In this document: positions 1 through 12,127 of the stretch, one piece after another
Numbering within the stretch: the first letter of the stretch is position 1
How the letters are laid out: each line of letters begins with the position of its first letter
Source of the DNA: Haliotis cracherodii
Lineage: Eukaryota
Reading direction: 5' to 3'
Assembly: GCF_022045235.1 (NCBI RefSeq)
Contig: NW_027266266.1
Coordinates: 14,570,001 to 14,634,000 of the forward strand
DNA: 64,000 nt
Notes under the pieces: model-generated
Told to the model about the DNA's origin: nothing
Database searches by the model: none
The model's input: the letters and a program-made list of their open reading frames with translations, nothing else
Program-made: the position numbers and the translations under genes

Positions 1-117
1 TTTGTCTCAACGTAATGTCTCGCACAGTACCGTGACCTCCCTACACCCCTATTCTACCCCGGAATCTTAACGGGTCTTGGGATAGGATGACATGCATCAA
101 CCATGTCAGCGAGCCTG

Positions 118-2207
118 GGGCGGTATTCATAAAAAAAACTAAGATTCGTCTTAAGTCTAAACTTAAGTTTTTGAAATCTGACTTAGCTAATCTGAGACTT
201 AAGTTAATATTCATAAAGATGATAAGTCCGAAAAGTCAGTTTCGTAGTACGTACCCGCGTGATCACTAAGGGGAATCCGAGCTATTTTTAAACTTCCAGT
301 GGAACTCTTTAAAACAGAACGGTGTGAAAGCAAATGTACATGTGTTGGAAGGAAGGTTTGGTCCGGGCGTGACATCGGCGAGGCGTCAAGAGGCGTGGCA
401 GGTACAGTGACACGTGTCGTTGTCTGTCACTCAGGCAGTCGTTGTACACAAATGTAGTATTTACACCAGACATGAGTTTTATAAAGTTATATTTTAGCAG
501 TGTACATCTACTAATTTAACTTATCCGTGATATATTGGTACGCCAACCAAGCGACTATAAGTGCATGATTAAGGGACTTGCAATTTATTGTGCGTTGGGG
601 GTGGAGAGGGAGCCTGGTGGAGAAAATAATATTTTTTTTAAATCGATTAAATCGAACATTATTTAAATATTAGTATAACAAATCCGACACACCCCTATAA
701 TAAATCACCTGTCCCTGTAGCCAACTAGCTGATTTTCAGTAACAATATTTTTACTAGTATTTACCACTGCATATAGATTTAATGCAACATTCTACCACTA
801 AACATGAAATCATCACTATGGGTGATTGGTCCTTTTATCAGTGGAATTTAAGTCACCTCTGCTATAGCCATAACATATTCTATTACTATCATAAAATGGG
901 ACATTTGTTATTTCCAATTTGAGGTTTTTTTTACTGACAGTGCCCTTGCAGCAGACTTGGGGCTAAATATGAAAGTATCTTGAAGTGATATCCAAAGTAT
1001 TAACATCTTAATTGTCGGCTTATATATATATTCCAGCTTTATGACGGCGGTCTGATTAAGGGATTTGCAATATATTGTCAAAAGCGATCTGCGTATTTAT
1101 ACTGTGATAATGATGTCGGTTTACGTATTCATTTTCCTTTACTGTTGGTGCCTGGATTTGTACGTGGGTTCCATCGATCACCCTGACAACTCCGGGAAAG
1201 TTCGCAATGTGATAAAAGTTGGTTTGGTGACGCCTAATGTCCCCGAGTTGCAGGGGGAAGCGGACAAACTGTTTCCAATCCTGTCAGATGACAAACTGGT
1301 GATGCACTGATTTTCAACTCTGGAAATGGTGGGCTGGGTGACACCTTGATCATCTGCATTACACAACTGAAACTTTCCCGTTGCAAAGTACCTTAATGTG
1401 ATCAACTCCGGGAAAGTTCGCAATGTGATAAACGTTGGTTTGGTGACGCCTAATGTCCCCGAGTTGCAGGGGGAAGCGGACAAACTGTTTCCCAATCCTG
1501 TCAGATGACAAACTGGTGATGCACTGATTTTCAACTCTGGAAATGGTGGGCTGGGTGACACCTTGATCATCTGCATTACACAACTGAAACTTTCCCGTTG
1601 CAAAGTACCTTAATGTGATCAGAGTCTATTGTATCTCGTCAAGGGCGTGGTTACGGTTGGTTGCAGGCTCCACGTCAGCTGCTATTAAATTAGCTACATA
1701 CCTACTACCATTTCCATCTTAACGGTATCGCCGTCTCAATTCCTCATCGTTGTATTCAACAAGACTTTGTCTTCTTTGATGAAACGAACGACGACCTAGC
1801 ATACGGCAGCAATTTTGTTTACTGATTTAAGTCAAACACCTTGTAGTTAAGCCTACCCCTACCCCTACCCAGTCTTTAGATTTAAGTCAGAAATTGCTAG
1901 AACTTAAGCCTAAGTCGCTTCATGAGTGAGTTAGTGAGTATGGTTTTACGCCGCTTTTAGCAATATTCCAGCAATATCAGGGCGGGGGACACCAGTAATG
2001 GGCTTCACACATTGTACCCATGTCGGGAATCGAACCCGGGTGTTCGGCGTGACGAGCGAACGCTTTAACCACTAGGCTACCCGACCGCCCCCAAGTCGCT
2101 TCATGAATATGATATAAGTCAAATCTTAAAACTTAAAGTCAGAAAAGGTAGTTTTTTTTCAAGACTTAACTTTTTTTCAGACTTAAGTTCTTTTATGAAT
2201 ACCGCCC
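118..2207 (-). mobile_element. PIF/Harbinger element family 1, internally deleted (copy 1)
   Basis: TIR GGGCGGTATTCATAAAA at both ends, CWG-type flanks and many subterminal CTTAAG palindromes. Minus-strand HARBI1-type transposase remnant (TLRYFATG, QPTISR, FPGV.GVIDGTHV). Plus-strand Myb/SANT exon remnant near 324-401. Confidence 0.88.
1188..1620. repeat. ~217-bp tandem duplication inside the Harbinger transposase of copy 1
   Basis: 1188-1403 is repeated at 1404-1620. The segment is single-copy in the 7538-9567 element. Confidence 0.9.
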
Positions 2208-2450
2208 CAGAACACCAAATTATGTATATATTTAAATTTTGTGGAGTATGAACCTATCGATCTATGTGCGCTCAAACAGACAGATGTTGTATGGTTCTAA
2301 TGTGACTGGGCTCTCCTTTTGATTTTGATATTGCTTTGTTTGTTGTTTTACGCCCCATTCAGCAATATTCCAGCTATATGACGGCGGTCTGTAAAATAAT
2401 CGAGACTGGACCAGACAATACAGTGATTAATATCATGAACATCGATCCAC

Positions 2451-3420
2451 TTTCTCGTTTACAGATATCAAAATTTCTCAGTAAGGCACCATGGGCAGAC
2501 AAGCAGGAAACGCGGATTCCTCCGCCCCTACAACCCGAGAATTATCTATTCACTTAGATACTTTATTAGGGGCAGCTCTCTGTAAGTATAGTCAGGCTAC
2601 ATATACCAGGGCGTGGGATTTGTACAATGAATATTCCCGGGATTGTCTAGGTATTTCGCCGGTGCTACCGATAGCAACACCTAACTGGGCACTATTTTTG
2701 GCGTATATGTTTCATTTAGAGTTAGCACCTTCAACAATGATGACCTACATTTCAGCGATAGGTTACATTCATAACATTTGCGGTTTAGAGGACAATCAAA
2801 TTCTTTTCAAGTTCAGAAGTTGTTACATTGGGCTAAGTGTCTAAACTCTTCAGTAGACCAGCGTCTACCAATCACAGAGGACATACTGGGCAGGATGATT
2901 GACTCATTACCTGTCATGTTTTCCAACCCTTCAATCAGACTACTTTATGACACAATGTTTTTAGTCGCCTTTCACAGATTTTTTCGGATTGGTGAACTGA
3001 CGGTGCGTAGTTCGGATGACGAAGCGGCCTTGCAGGTGCAGGACGTTTCACTCTCCAGCTCCGAGGCCTATCTTAACATATCGACGTATAAACACAACAG
3101 CGGTAAAGCTAGCAAGATCGTCACACTAGACAAGTTAGACAGTAAACTATGTCCAGTTGCTGCGCTCAAACGTTACCTATGACAAAGGTCTCTCTTCCCA
3201 GGCCCTCCGTTTTGTGACTGAGGCTTTAAACCGGTAACAAGATCCTCCTTTAACAAAGCACTCAGAGTTGTATTTAACTTCTAAAGGTTAGATTCTACTA
3301 GATACAAAGGACACAGTGTCCGTAAAGGTACAGCATGCTCGGCAGCAAAGAAAGGCTGGTCTGACGCAAAGGGGCCGGTGGAATTCAGATGCATCTAAAG
3401 CATACATTCGTGTTCAGCTG
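2451..3420 (+). pseudogene. DIRS/Ngaro retrotransposon remnant: RNase H C-terminus + tyrosine recombinase
   Basis: LSRLQISKFL..APWAD, then N-terminal YR helices, RLPIT, FFRIGEL, CPVAAL, YKGHSVRKG and GRWNSDA..AYIR. Contains frameshifts and stops. Confidence 0.85.
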
Positions 3421-3663
3421 TAGAGAATAAGGGTTGTTGTCGGTAGCGTAGCTCAGCGGAAAAAGAGCCTATTCGCTGAATAGGACCAATTAGCAAGGGC
3501 AGTTTGGCTATCTAGAGTTTTATTTATCACTTACATGTAGGGAAAATGCGATTGTTATTAATCTACTCATACAGCTGCGATTACACAGTAGAGTCTGTTG
3601 TTCAATGTTTTCACTTACTATGTTATAATGTGTGTTAACTTGTTATGGTTCATTATGCCAAGA

Positions 3664-5326
3664 GTGAGTGAGTGAGTGAGTTTTGATTTTACATCGCATC
3701 GGCAATATTGCAGCCATATCGCGATGAGAACAAGTTTATTATTATAAAAATACCTGTCGACAAAGGACAGTAAAACAGTAAGGTAATTATCACAGTGTAG
3801 ACATAAAACTTACCTGAGCAATATTAAAACAAAGAAGTCTTCAGTGTATTAGTTATTAGAAAGTAAAACCAGACTATAGACCACTGGTAACCAAAGCTAA
3901 ACCACCTAACTGGGGATCATGGGGACTTACAGTACTTTTGCTTCCTGCATGATTCCCAGCAGGATTTATGTCATCACTTTGGTCACGTGTGGTTGTATGA
4001 AATATTAACCAATATTAAAAATCAAAACACAATCAAGGAATTAAAACACTAGTTGATATTAATTACTTCAATATAGATGGAATTATGTGCCACAGTCAGG
4101 GGGACAATAATTTTACACTACTTTAACCCCCTGAGTGGCACCGCCTTCATACATTTCAGTTGACAAGAATATCCAACTATTCTAAAACAATTCAAAATTT
4201 ATCAAATAATAGTATTTCTTTTAAAAATCCGAGTATTAAATGAGCACTGGTATTATAAAAAAGATCCTTTAAAGACGTTGAATGATAATAATTGTCCCTT
4301 ATGAGAGAAAAATCAACACAGTCAAGCAAAACATGCTTGACTGTGATTCTCTCATCACAAGGGACACAAAATGGAGAATCCTCACCTTTTAAAAGATACT
4401 CGTGTGTACATCGACTGTGTCCAATACGACATCGTTGCAAAACAACTTCGTCATGTCTCGAATGGCAACCCAAGTAGGTATACCCTATTGTTGGTTTTAT
4501 AGCATAAAGTTTGTTTATACCTACTTGGGTGTTCCACTTCTTTTGCATTAGATCTTTGATGTAGGATCTAATTATTGGCTTGTAATCACTGTAAGGTAAA
4601 AGAAGTGGTGTTACTGATTTGTTGAGTGCTGCCTTTGCAGCAGTATCAGCCATAGTGTTACCAGCAATTCCAACATGACTGGGCAGCCAGCAAAATACGA
4701 TGTCGTATTGGGCAGTGGCGAGGGTATTATTCAATTCTAAAATATTAAGAATCAGCGGATGATCTGAAGAACAATTATGTATGGCCTGAAGGCATGACAA
4801 GGAATCAGAAAAGATGATGAACTGTTGAGATGATTGGTTTTGAATGTATTCCAATGCTATAAGAATAGCATTGGCCTCAGCTGTAAAAATAGAGCTAGTA
4901 CCAGGAATTCTCGAAGACACTCTTTTAGATCCAATGACAGTGGCACTTGAAACTTTGCCACCATCCTTTGAACCATCGGTAAAAATAGATCGATGAGAAT
5001 CATATTTGGACCTTAATTGGGCATATTCTTGTTGATATACCAATGGGTTGGTGCCAGATTTCTTTAGGGTAGTTAGAGTGAGGTCTACCTCTGGTTTAAC
5101 TAGTTGCCAAGGAGGTGTAGACAGTAGCCGGGAAGGTGAGATAATAGAAAGATCAATATTAGCTGCTGTAATATGTGGCTGAATTCTGAACCCCAGAGGA
5201 GGAACAAGTTTTGGTTTGGAGTGAAATAATTTGGCATACATGGGATTAAACACACACTCATATGCTGGATTCGAAGGGTTTGAGTACAATTTAGTCACAT
5301 ATTGTAACGAAAGTTTGATTCGACGT
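3664..5326 (-). mobile_element. 5'-truncated RNase H-bearing LINE (I/Nimb/Ingi group)
   Basis: 11-bp TSD TTATGCCAAGA (3653-3663, 5327-5337). Open ORF2 C-terminus to 4192 with RNase H (FTDGSK, TAEA, FSDS, WLPSHVGIAGN..AD) and CxxC...H...C knuckle. ~530-bp 3' UTR ending in (CACT)n. Confidence 0.9.
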
Positions 5327-6499
5327 TTATGCCAAGACAGGGAGTGTGGTGAATTGCATGGGCAGACACTATGCTTCATGGTTGGGCGAGTTTGTTCAAT
5401 TAAAGTCTGTCATTAACTACATTTTGAGTAGCTACATGTAAATATTTACACGTCCCAACTATGGGTCTTTATGAATTACAGAGTAGAGTTGTGTGTTGTA
5501 TGGTTGCATTTTATACCTCTCTTATAATAAGTGTTAAGACAGGGGTGTGGTGTCTCGCATGAGCAGACACAATGCCTCAGGGTCAGGCAATTTGCTCAGT
5601 GAGTTTCATTATTTAATTCTAATAATTATTAATGTGAATAATTTCTTGTTCCATCAAGGAATCTTTTACAATTTCCATTTCGTGCGGGCTATCTCAAGTA
5701 TTGGTCCGCACCAATAATTAACTACAGCTGTTTTAGATTACATTGTTTACGAAATGTAGGCCTATATAGTACGTCATGATACAAACTATTTTATGATAAG
5801 CTAGATAAGAGATACTGCCACCAGGATTTACTTTTGCAGGCAACAGATGATACCGAAGACGAATCCCCAGGTGGAAGTGGAGAGACTTGGGCGAACCGGT
5901 CAATAAATGACACTTTCTATAGACCTGGAACTCTGTGCTATGTTTGCGTGTTTGTATCAAAGATACAAAATCAATGCAGATCGAGTTAATGGAACATTTT
6001 CCTGGAATCCGGAAACATTCTTGATCAAAGTTGCAGGACTCTTCGCGGGCCTTGTAAGGCAGTGAACAATAAAGTTTCACAAATATTCCATACGTAATTA
6101 AATAGCTTGCATATATCAGGGTGTTAGGGGAGAGGAAGCTGCTTTACATTTTATTGATACGTTACTAAAACTCGTTACGAGACAGTCATCAGGTGGGGGT
6201 ATAGTGTTCCACTATTGTGGTGTCGATTCCCCCACCTTTGTGGCTTATTCATACAATTTCGGATTGGCGAATTGTAACGCTTAGGCGTTTATATATACCT
6301 TGTAATAAATTTCATTGTCTGTAATTTTTGCCACAAATGAACTGGACGTTCTCGGGTCTAAGGGTTTTTGAGTATAAACATAATTATTTCTTGACTTTAA
6401 TCACTTGTTGGTTTTATATTTGGGAACGATCTAATACTATATCAGTAAATATTTATTTAATTAACTTTGAATGTAGGGGTTATTGAGATAACATCCCCA

Positions 6500-7270
6500 A
6501 GCAAACCCCTGAGAGCGTCACAGCTATCCTAACAGCTTTGACCTGTATCAAACATCAAAACCAATCTAAAAATTTCATCATCTTCTCTGATTCGTTGTCT
6601 TGCCTTCCGGCACTTAAAAGTGCCTCACCATATAACCTTATTATCCTTGACATTTTAGAACTCTATATTGATCTTTCAACTGGCGAATGTGACATCGTCT
6701 TTTGCTGGTTATCAAGTCATGTTATCAAGTCATGTAGGCATAACATGTAACTCGAAAGCCGATGCTGCAGCTAAAGCCGCTCTTGACAAACCATTGTCTC
6801 TACTACTGATCCCGTACAGTGTTTGTTTGTTTGTTTGTTGTTTTACGCCGCACTCAGCAATATTTCAGCTATATGGCGACTGTCTGTAAATAATCGAGTC
6901 TGGACCAGACAATCCAGTGATTGACATCATGAGCATCGATCCACACAAATGGGACCGATGACATGCATCAACCAAGTCAGCGAGCCTGATTTCAAACCAA
7001 CCATCAAGAGTTAATAAACTCGGGATCTCATGCAAAAGAGGTGGGACATACAGGTAGGAAGCAATAAACTTCACGAATTAAAACCAACAATCGGTCATAC
7101 CTACTTGGGTTGTCAGTCAAGACATGACGAAGTCGTTTTACAACCTGATGTCGTATTGTCCACAGTCGGTTTACTCACGAGTATCTGATAATGACAGATG
7201 AGGACGAACCTCATAAGTGTATCCCTTTTGATGAAAGTTCACCGTCAGGCATATATTGCTGACTTTGTTG
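6500..7270 (+). pseudogene. Degraded fragment of a related RNase H LINE
   Basis: FIIFSDSLSCL, DIVFCWLSSHV, ADAAAKAAL, IKPTIGHTYLG. Interrupted by SINE-B at ~6820-6989. Confidence 0.8.
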
Positions 7271-7537
7271 ATACATGTCATCGATCCCAATTGCGTGGAT
7301 CGATGTTCATGATATTAATCACTGTATTGTCTGGTCCAGTCTCGATTATTTTACAGACCGCCGTCATATAGCTGGAATATTGCTGAGTGGGGCGTAAAAC
7401 AACAAACAAAGCAATATCAAAATCAAAAGGAGAGCCCAGTCACATTAGAACCATACAACATCTGTCTGTTTGAGCGCACATAGATCGATAGGTTCATACT
7501 CCACAAAATTTAAATATATACATAATTTGGTGTTCTG

Positions 7538-9567
7538 GGGCGGTATTCATAAAAGAACTTAAGTCTGAAAAAAAGTTAAGTCTTGAAAAGGTAGTTTTTT
7601 TTCAAAACTTAAGTTTTAAGATTTGACTTAGGTCATATTCATGAAGCGACTTGGGGGCGGTCGGGTAGCCTAGTGGTTAAAGCGTTCGCTCGTCACGCCG
7701 AACACCCGGGTTCGATTCCCGACATGGGTACAATGTGTGAAGCCCATTACTGGTGTCCCCCGCCGTGATATTGCTGGAATATTGCTAAAAGCGGCGTAAA
7801 ACCATACTCACTAACTCACTAACTCACTCATGAAGCGACTTAGGCTTAAGTTTTAGCAATTTCTGACTTAAATCTAAAGACTGGGTAGGGGTAGGGGTAG
7901 GCTTAACTACAAGGTGTTTGACTTAAATCAGTAAACAAAATTGCTGCCGTATGCTAGGTCGTCGTTCGTTTCATCAAAGAAGACAAAGTCTTGTTGAATA
8001 CAACGATGAGGAATTGAGACGGCGATACCGTTCAGATGGAAATGGTATTAGGTATGTAGCTAATTTAATAGCAGCTGACGTGGAGCCTGCAACCAACCGT
8101 AACCACGCCCTTGACGAGATACAATAGACTCTGATCACATTAAGGTACTTTGCAACGGGAAAGTTTCAGTTGTGTAATGCAGATGATCAAGGTGTCACCC
8201 AGCCCACCATTTCCAGAGTTGAAAATCAGTGCATCACCAGTTTGTCATCTGACAGGATTGGGAAACAGTTTGTCCGCTTCCCCCTGCAACATTAGGCGTC
8301 ACCAAACCAACTTTTATCACATTGCGAACTTTCCCGGAGTTGTCGGGGTGATCGATGGAACCCACGTACAAATCCAGGCACCAACAGTAAAGGAAAATGA
8401 ATACGTAAACCGACATCATTATCACAGTATAAACACGCAGATCGCTTTTGACAATATATTGCAAATCCCTTAATCAGACCGCCGTCATAAAGCTGGAATA
8501 TATATATAAGCCGACAATTAAGATGTTAATACTTTGGATATCACTTCAAGATACTTTCATATTTAGCCCCAAGTCTGCTGCAAGGGTACTGTCAGTAAAA
8601 AAACCTCAAATTGGAAATAACAAATGTCCCAGTTTTTGATAGTGATAGAATATGTTATGGCTATAGCAGAGGTGACTTAAATTCCACTGATAACAGGACC
8701 AATCACCCATAGTGATGATTTCATGTTTAGTGGTAGAATGTTGCATTAAATCTATATGCAGTGGTAAATACTAGTAAAAATATTGTTACTGAAAAACAGC
8801 TAGTTGGCTACAGGGACAGGTGATTTATTATAGGGGTGTGTGGGATTTGTTATATTAATATTTAAATAATGTTCGATTTAATCGATTTAAAAAATTATTA
8901 TTTTCTCCACCAGGCTCCCTCTCCACCCCAAACGCAAAATAATTGCAAGTCCCTTAATCATGCATTTATAGTCGCTTGATTGGCGTACTTATATATCACG
9001 GATAAGTTAAATTAGTAGATGTACACTGCTAAAATATAACTTTATAAAACTTATGTCTGGTGTATATACTACATTTGTGTACAACGACTGCCTGAGTGAC
9101 AGACAACGACAAGTGTCACTGTTCCTGCCACGCCCGGACAAAACTTACCTTCCAACACATGTACATTTGCTTTCACTACTTCCGTCAACAGTAAAACCTC
9201 CTCTTTCGTCCAGTTAGGCTTCCTCTTCTTCATATCTATCTTTGACATGAGGTTGGCAATGTGGACAAAGTTTCGCTGTGTGTGTCGTCTGCCGTAAATA
9301 GCAACCGGGAAATCCCACCGAAAAAGACATTCACACCGTTTTATTTTAAAGAGTTCCACCGAAAGTTTAAAAATAGCTGGGATTCACCCTAGTGATCACG
9401 CGGGTACGTACTACGAAACTGACTTAGTTTTTCTTTTGAGACTTAGCTAAGTTTCGGACTTAGCATCTTTATGAATATCAACTTAAGTCTCAGACTTAGC
9501 TAAGTCAGATTTCAAAAACTTAAGTTTAGACTTAAGACGAATCTTAGTTCTTTTATGAATACCGCCC
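7538..9567 (+). mobile_element. PIF/Harbinger element family 1 (copy 2, inverted duplicate)
   Basis: Same TIRs. Transposase pseudogene ~7950-8470 (ANFPGVVGVIDGTHVQIQAP...NRHHYHSINTQ). Convergent Myb/SANT exon ~9249-9125 (KRKPNWTKEEVLLLTEVV). Confidence 0.88.
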
Positions 9568-12051
9568 CAGGCTCGCTGACATGGTTGATGCATGTCATCC
9601 TATCCCAAGACCCGTTAATGTTCCGGGGTAGAATAGGGGTGTAGGGAGGTCACGGTACTGTGCGAGACATTACGTTGAGACAAACAACGTCTCGCGGCAA
9701 TAGCGACAGCAGTATTACGTCGGACAGGGCCCGGCTAATCATATGCGGAACACTCTGGTGTAGCTTCGAAAAAAAACATGACATTGTCACAGGCATTAAA
9801 ACACTCGAGTTAGGTGGCATGAATATTAAGTGTTGGCTTCTCAAAGCAGTTACAGTGTTGTCAAGACGTCCTATGATCGATGTCAAACTGGCCCCTACCC
9901 ATTCATAAATATTGAGGTAAGCTTTCACTCTTCTCACGCTTCTGATAGGCTGGTATAATTGTCAGTGTTGATTAGTCAATACTGATCGGTTAATCATCAC
10001 ACGTACAGTGATGATGGCGTTAAAAGCAGTCGTGCTGTGACTTGTTTGATTGAATTTGTTGTTATTTATTGTCAAAAAAGAAAGACGACATTTGGAATTG
10101 CAGTATATTCCCAATTAAGCATCATGCAATGTTATTGCAAATTTCCATTCATCTATTCTGAGCCTTTTTCAAAAATTAAATTTCAGCTCTGACAAGGATT
10201 TGTTTGTTTTTGTGTTGTTTAACGCCGTACTCGGCAATATCCAGCTATATGACGGCGGTCTGTAAATGATCGAGTCTGGACCAGACAATCCAGTGATTGA
10301 TATCATGAACATCGATCCACGCAATTGGGATCGATGACATGCATCAACCAAGTCAGCGAGCCTGACCACCCGATCCCGTTAGTCGCCTTTTACGACAAGC
10401 ATAGTCGCCTTTTAGTTGAAGATACAATGTACATGCTTAATTTATTTATTATATCTTGATGTAGGCATTGTAAGAAATTGACTGTAATTGTTGGTATTTT
10501 AGAAGTATATGTTATATGTTCTCATAAGAGTTATCTATCTTTTGCAGTTGGACCAGCTTTCCATGTTTGAGGGGAGAAAGCATCTCAGACTGTAACTGAT
10601 CTTCAGATTTCTTTGAATATTTTGTCGTCAAGCTATATACATTACCTATGAAAGAACAGCTCTTGTGTATGTATACAGTTGTAAACATATTAAAGTACTG
10701 GTACTGGTTCTGTAAATGATTTCTGTGACAATCATAATACACCATGTACACTGGACACTTGCTGGAATAGGACCTTCTTGTCATCAACATGGTGTTGCAG
10801 AATATTCTGGGACTCGCATATAAAGTCCAGTGTGAATTTAGATACTGACACTAGTGACAGTACATACTGTTGGAAATATTCCAATTCACACTGGCACAGT
10901 AATTTGTTCAGGCCTGGCTTTTCGGAATATTTGCCAAGAATGTTTAATATTTTCAGAGTAATCATGACCTGGTGTTAAAATGTGTGGATATGCCATACAA
11001 TGTCATTAATATTTATGGTATCAGCCATGATACAGAATTGATATTGAATATAATATCATAACAAAGTAATGTATGATAATAGTTTTTCAGTTTAAGGGTC
11101 CAAATCTTCCTAGAAAATACAGCAGATGCTCACCAATAAAAATTAAACATAACAAATGGATTAGCAGTTGTTGCTTTAGAAATGGTTGGTTGGTTATTTA
11201 ACGCCGTACTCAGCAATATTCCAGCTATATGACGGCGGTCTGAAAATAATCGAGTCTGCACCAAACAACCCAGTGATTAATATCATGAGCATCGATCCAC
11301 GCAATTGGGAACGATGACATGCATCAACCAAGTCAGCGAGCTTTAGGAAATTAATTCCTTGTTGAAATATCAACATGTCTTGATTTTGCATCGGCTGTAG
11401 AAGGGTTCAGGGGCGGTCGGGTAGCCTAGTGGTTAAAGCGTTCGCTCGTCACGCCGAAGACCCGGGTTCGATTCCCAACATGGGTACAATGTGTGAAGCC
11501 CATTTCTGGTGTCCCCTGCCGTGATATTGCTGGAATATTGCTAAAAGCGGCGTAAAATAATACTCACTCACTAGAAGGGTTCAGCATGCAAAATACACTG
11601 ATTTATTTGACAATAGCCAAAAAACATTATTCTTGACCAGTAATCTTAGCACAGATTGGTCCTTATGGATACTGGAAAATGTTAAATGTCAGTCACCCCA
11701 TTTGTTTAACTTGACTTTATTGGAAAAAATATTTGAAACACAAAAAATAAATGAAAAACAGGTATAATTGTTTCTGTCTCTGCATCATATGAATGTTGTT
11801 GTACCAAAGTTTGTTCATCAGTGTACACTGAGTGATAAGTTGAATGTAGAAATGTTTTGGTTGGTTGGTTTGTTGTTAAACGCCGCACTCAGCAATATTC
11901 CAGCTATATGACGGCGGTCTGCAAATAATCGAGTCTGGACCAGACAATCCAGTGATTAATATCATGAGCATCAATGCACGCAATAAGCCATTTCATCGAT
12001 TACGTCACAGTTTATGTGCACATACGCGTCACGTGATACACAATAATATTT

Positions 12052-12080
12052 CGAGGGACAAACATTGCAGTTTTTCGCGC
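12052..12080 (+). promoter_or_regulatory. Left subterminal inverted repeat (17 bp) plus E2F-like site of the ISL2EU element
   Basis: CGAGGGACAAACATTGC (12052-12068) is the exact reverse complement of 20893-20909. TTTTCGCGC lies at 12072-12080, about 50 bp upstream of the exonuclease ATG. Confidence 0.6.
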
Positions 12081-12127
12081 GCCTCTATTTGACAGTTGTT
12101 TTGCCGTTTACCCACATCAGTATTAGC

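Larger units (their letters stand above)
1..9687. repeat. Large inverted duplication: arms 1-~2450 and ~7290-9687
   Basis: Bases 1-2450 are the reverse complement of ~7290-9687 (Harbinger, its nested SINE and flanks) with arm-specific indels. The left arm probably extends beyond the window. Confidence 0.92.

Noticed and set aside
4192-5379. Standalone 395-aa RNase H gene
   Set aside because: The N-terminal ~17 codons come from flank beyond the TSD; it is a 5'-truncated LINE ORF2.
8150-8473. Domesticated HARBI1 or PGBD host genes
   Set aside because: All Harbinger and piggyBac copies are frameshifted or truncated, and most retain transposon termini.
1-9687. Assembly artefact explaining the inverted repeat
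   Set aside because: The arms differ by several independent indels and substitutions, unlike a fold-back read artefact. Read support is still unverified.
11409-11572. Functional tRNA-Asp genes (also other SINE-A and SINE-C heads)
   Set aside because: No proper acceptor stem; each is followed by a SINE body and microsatellite tail and flanked by TSDs.
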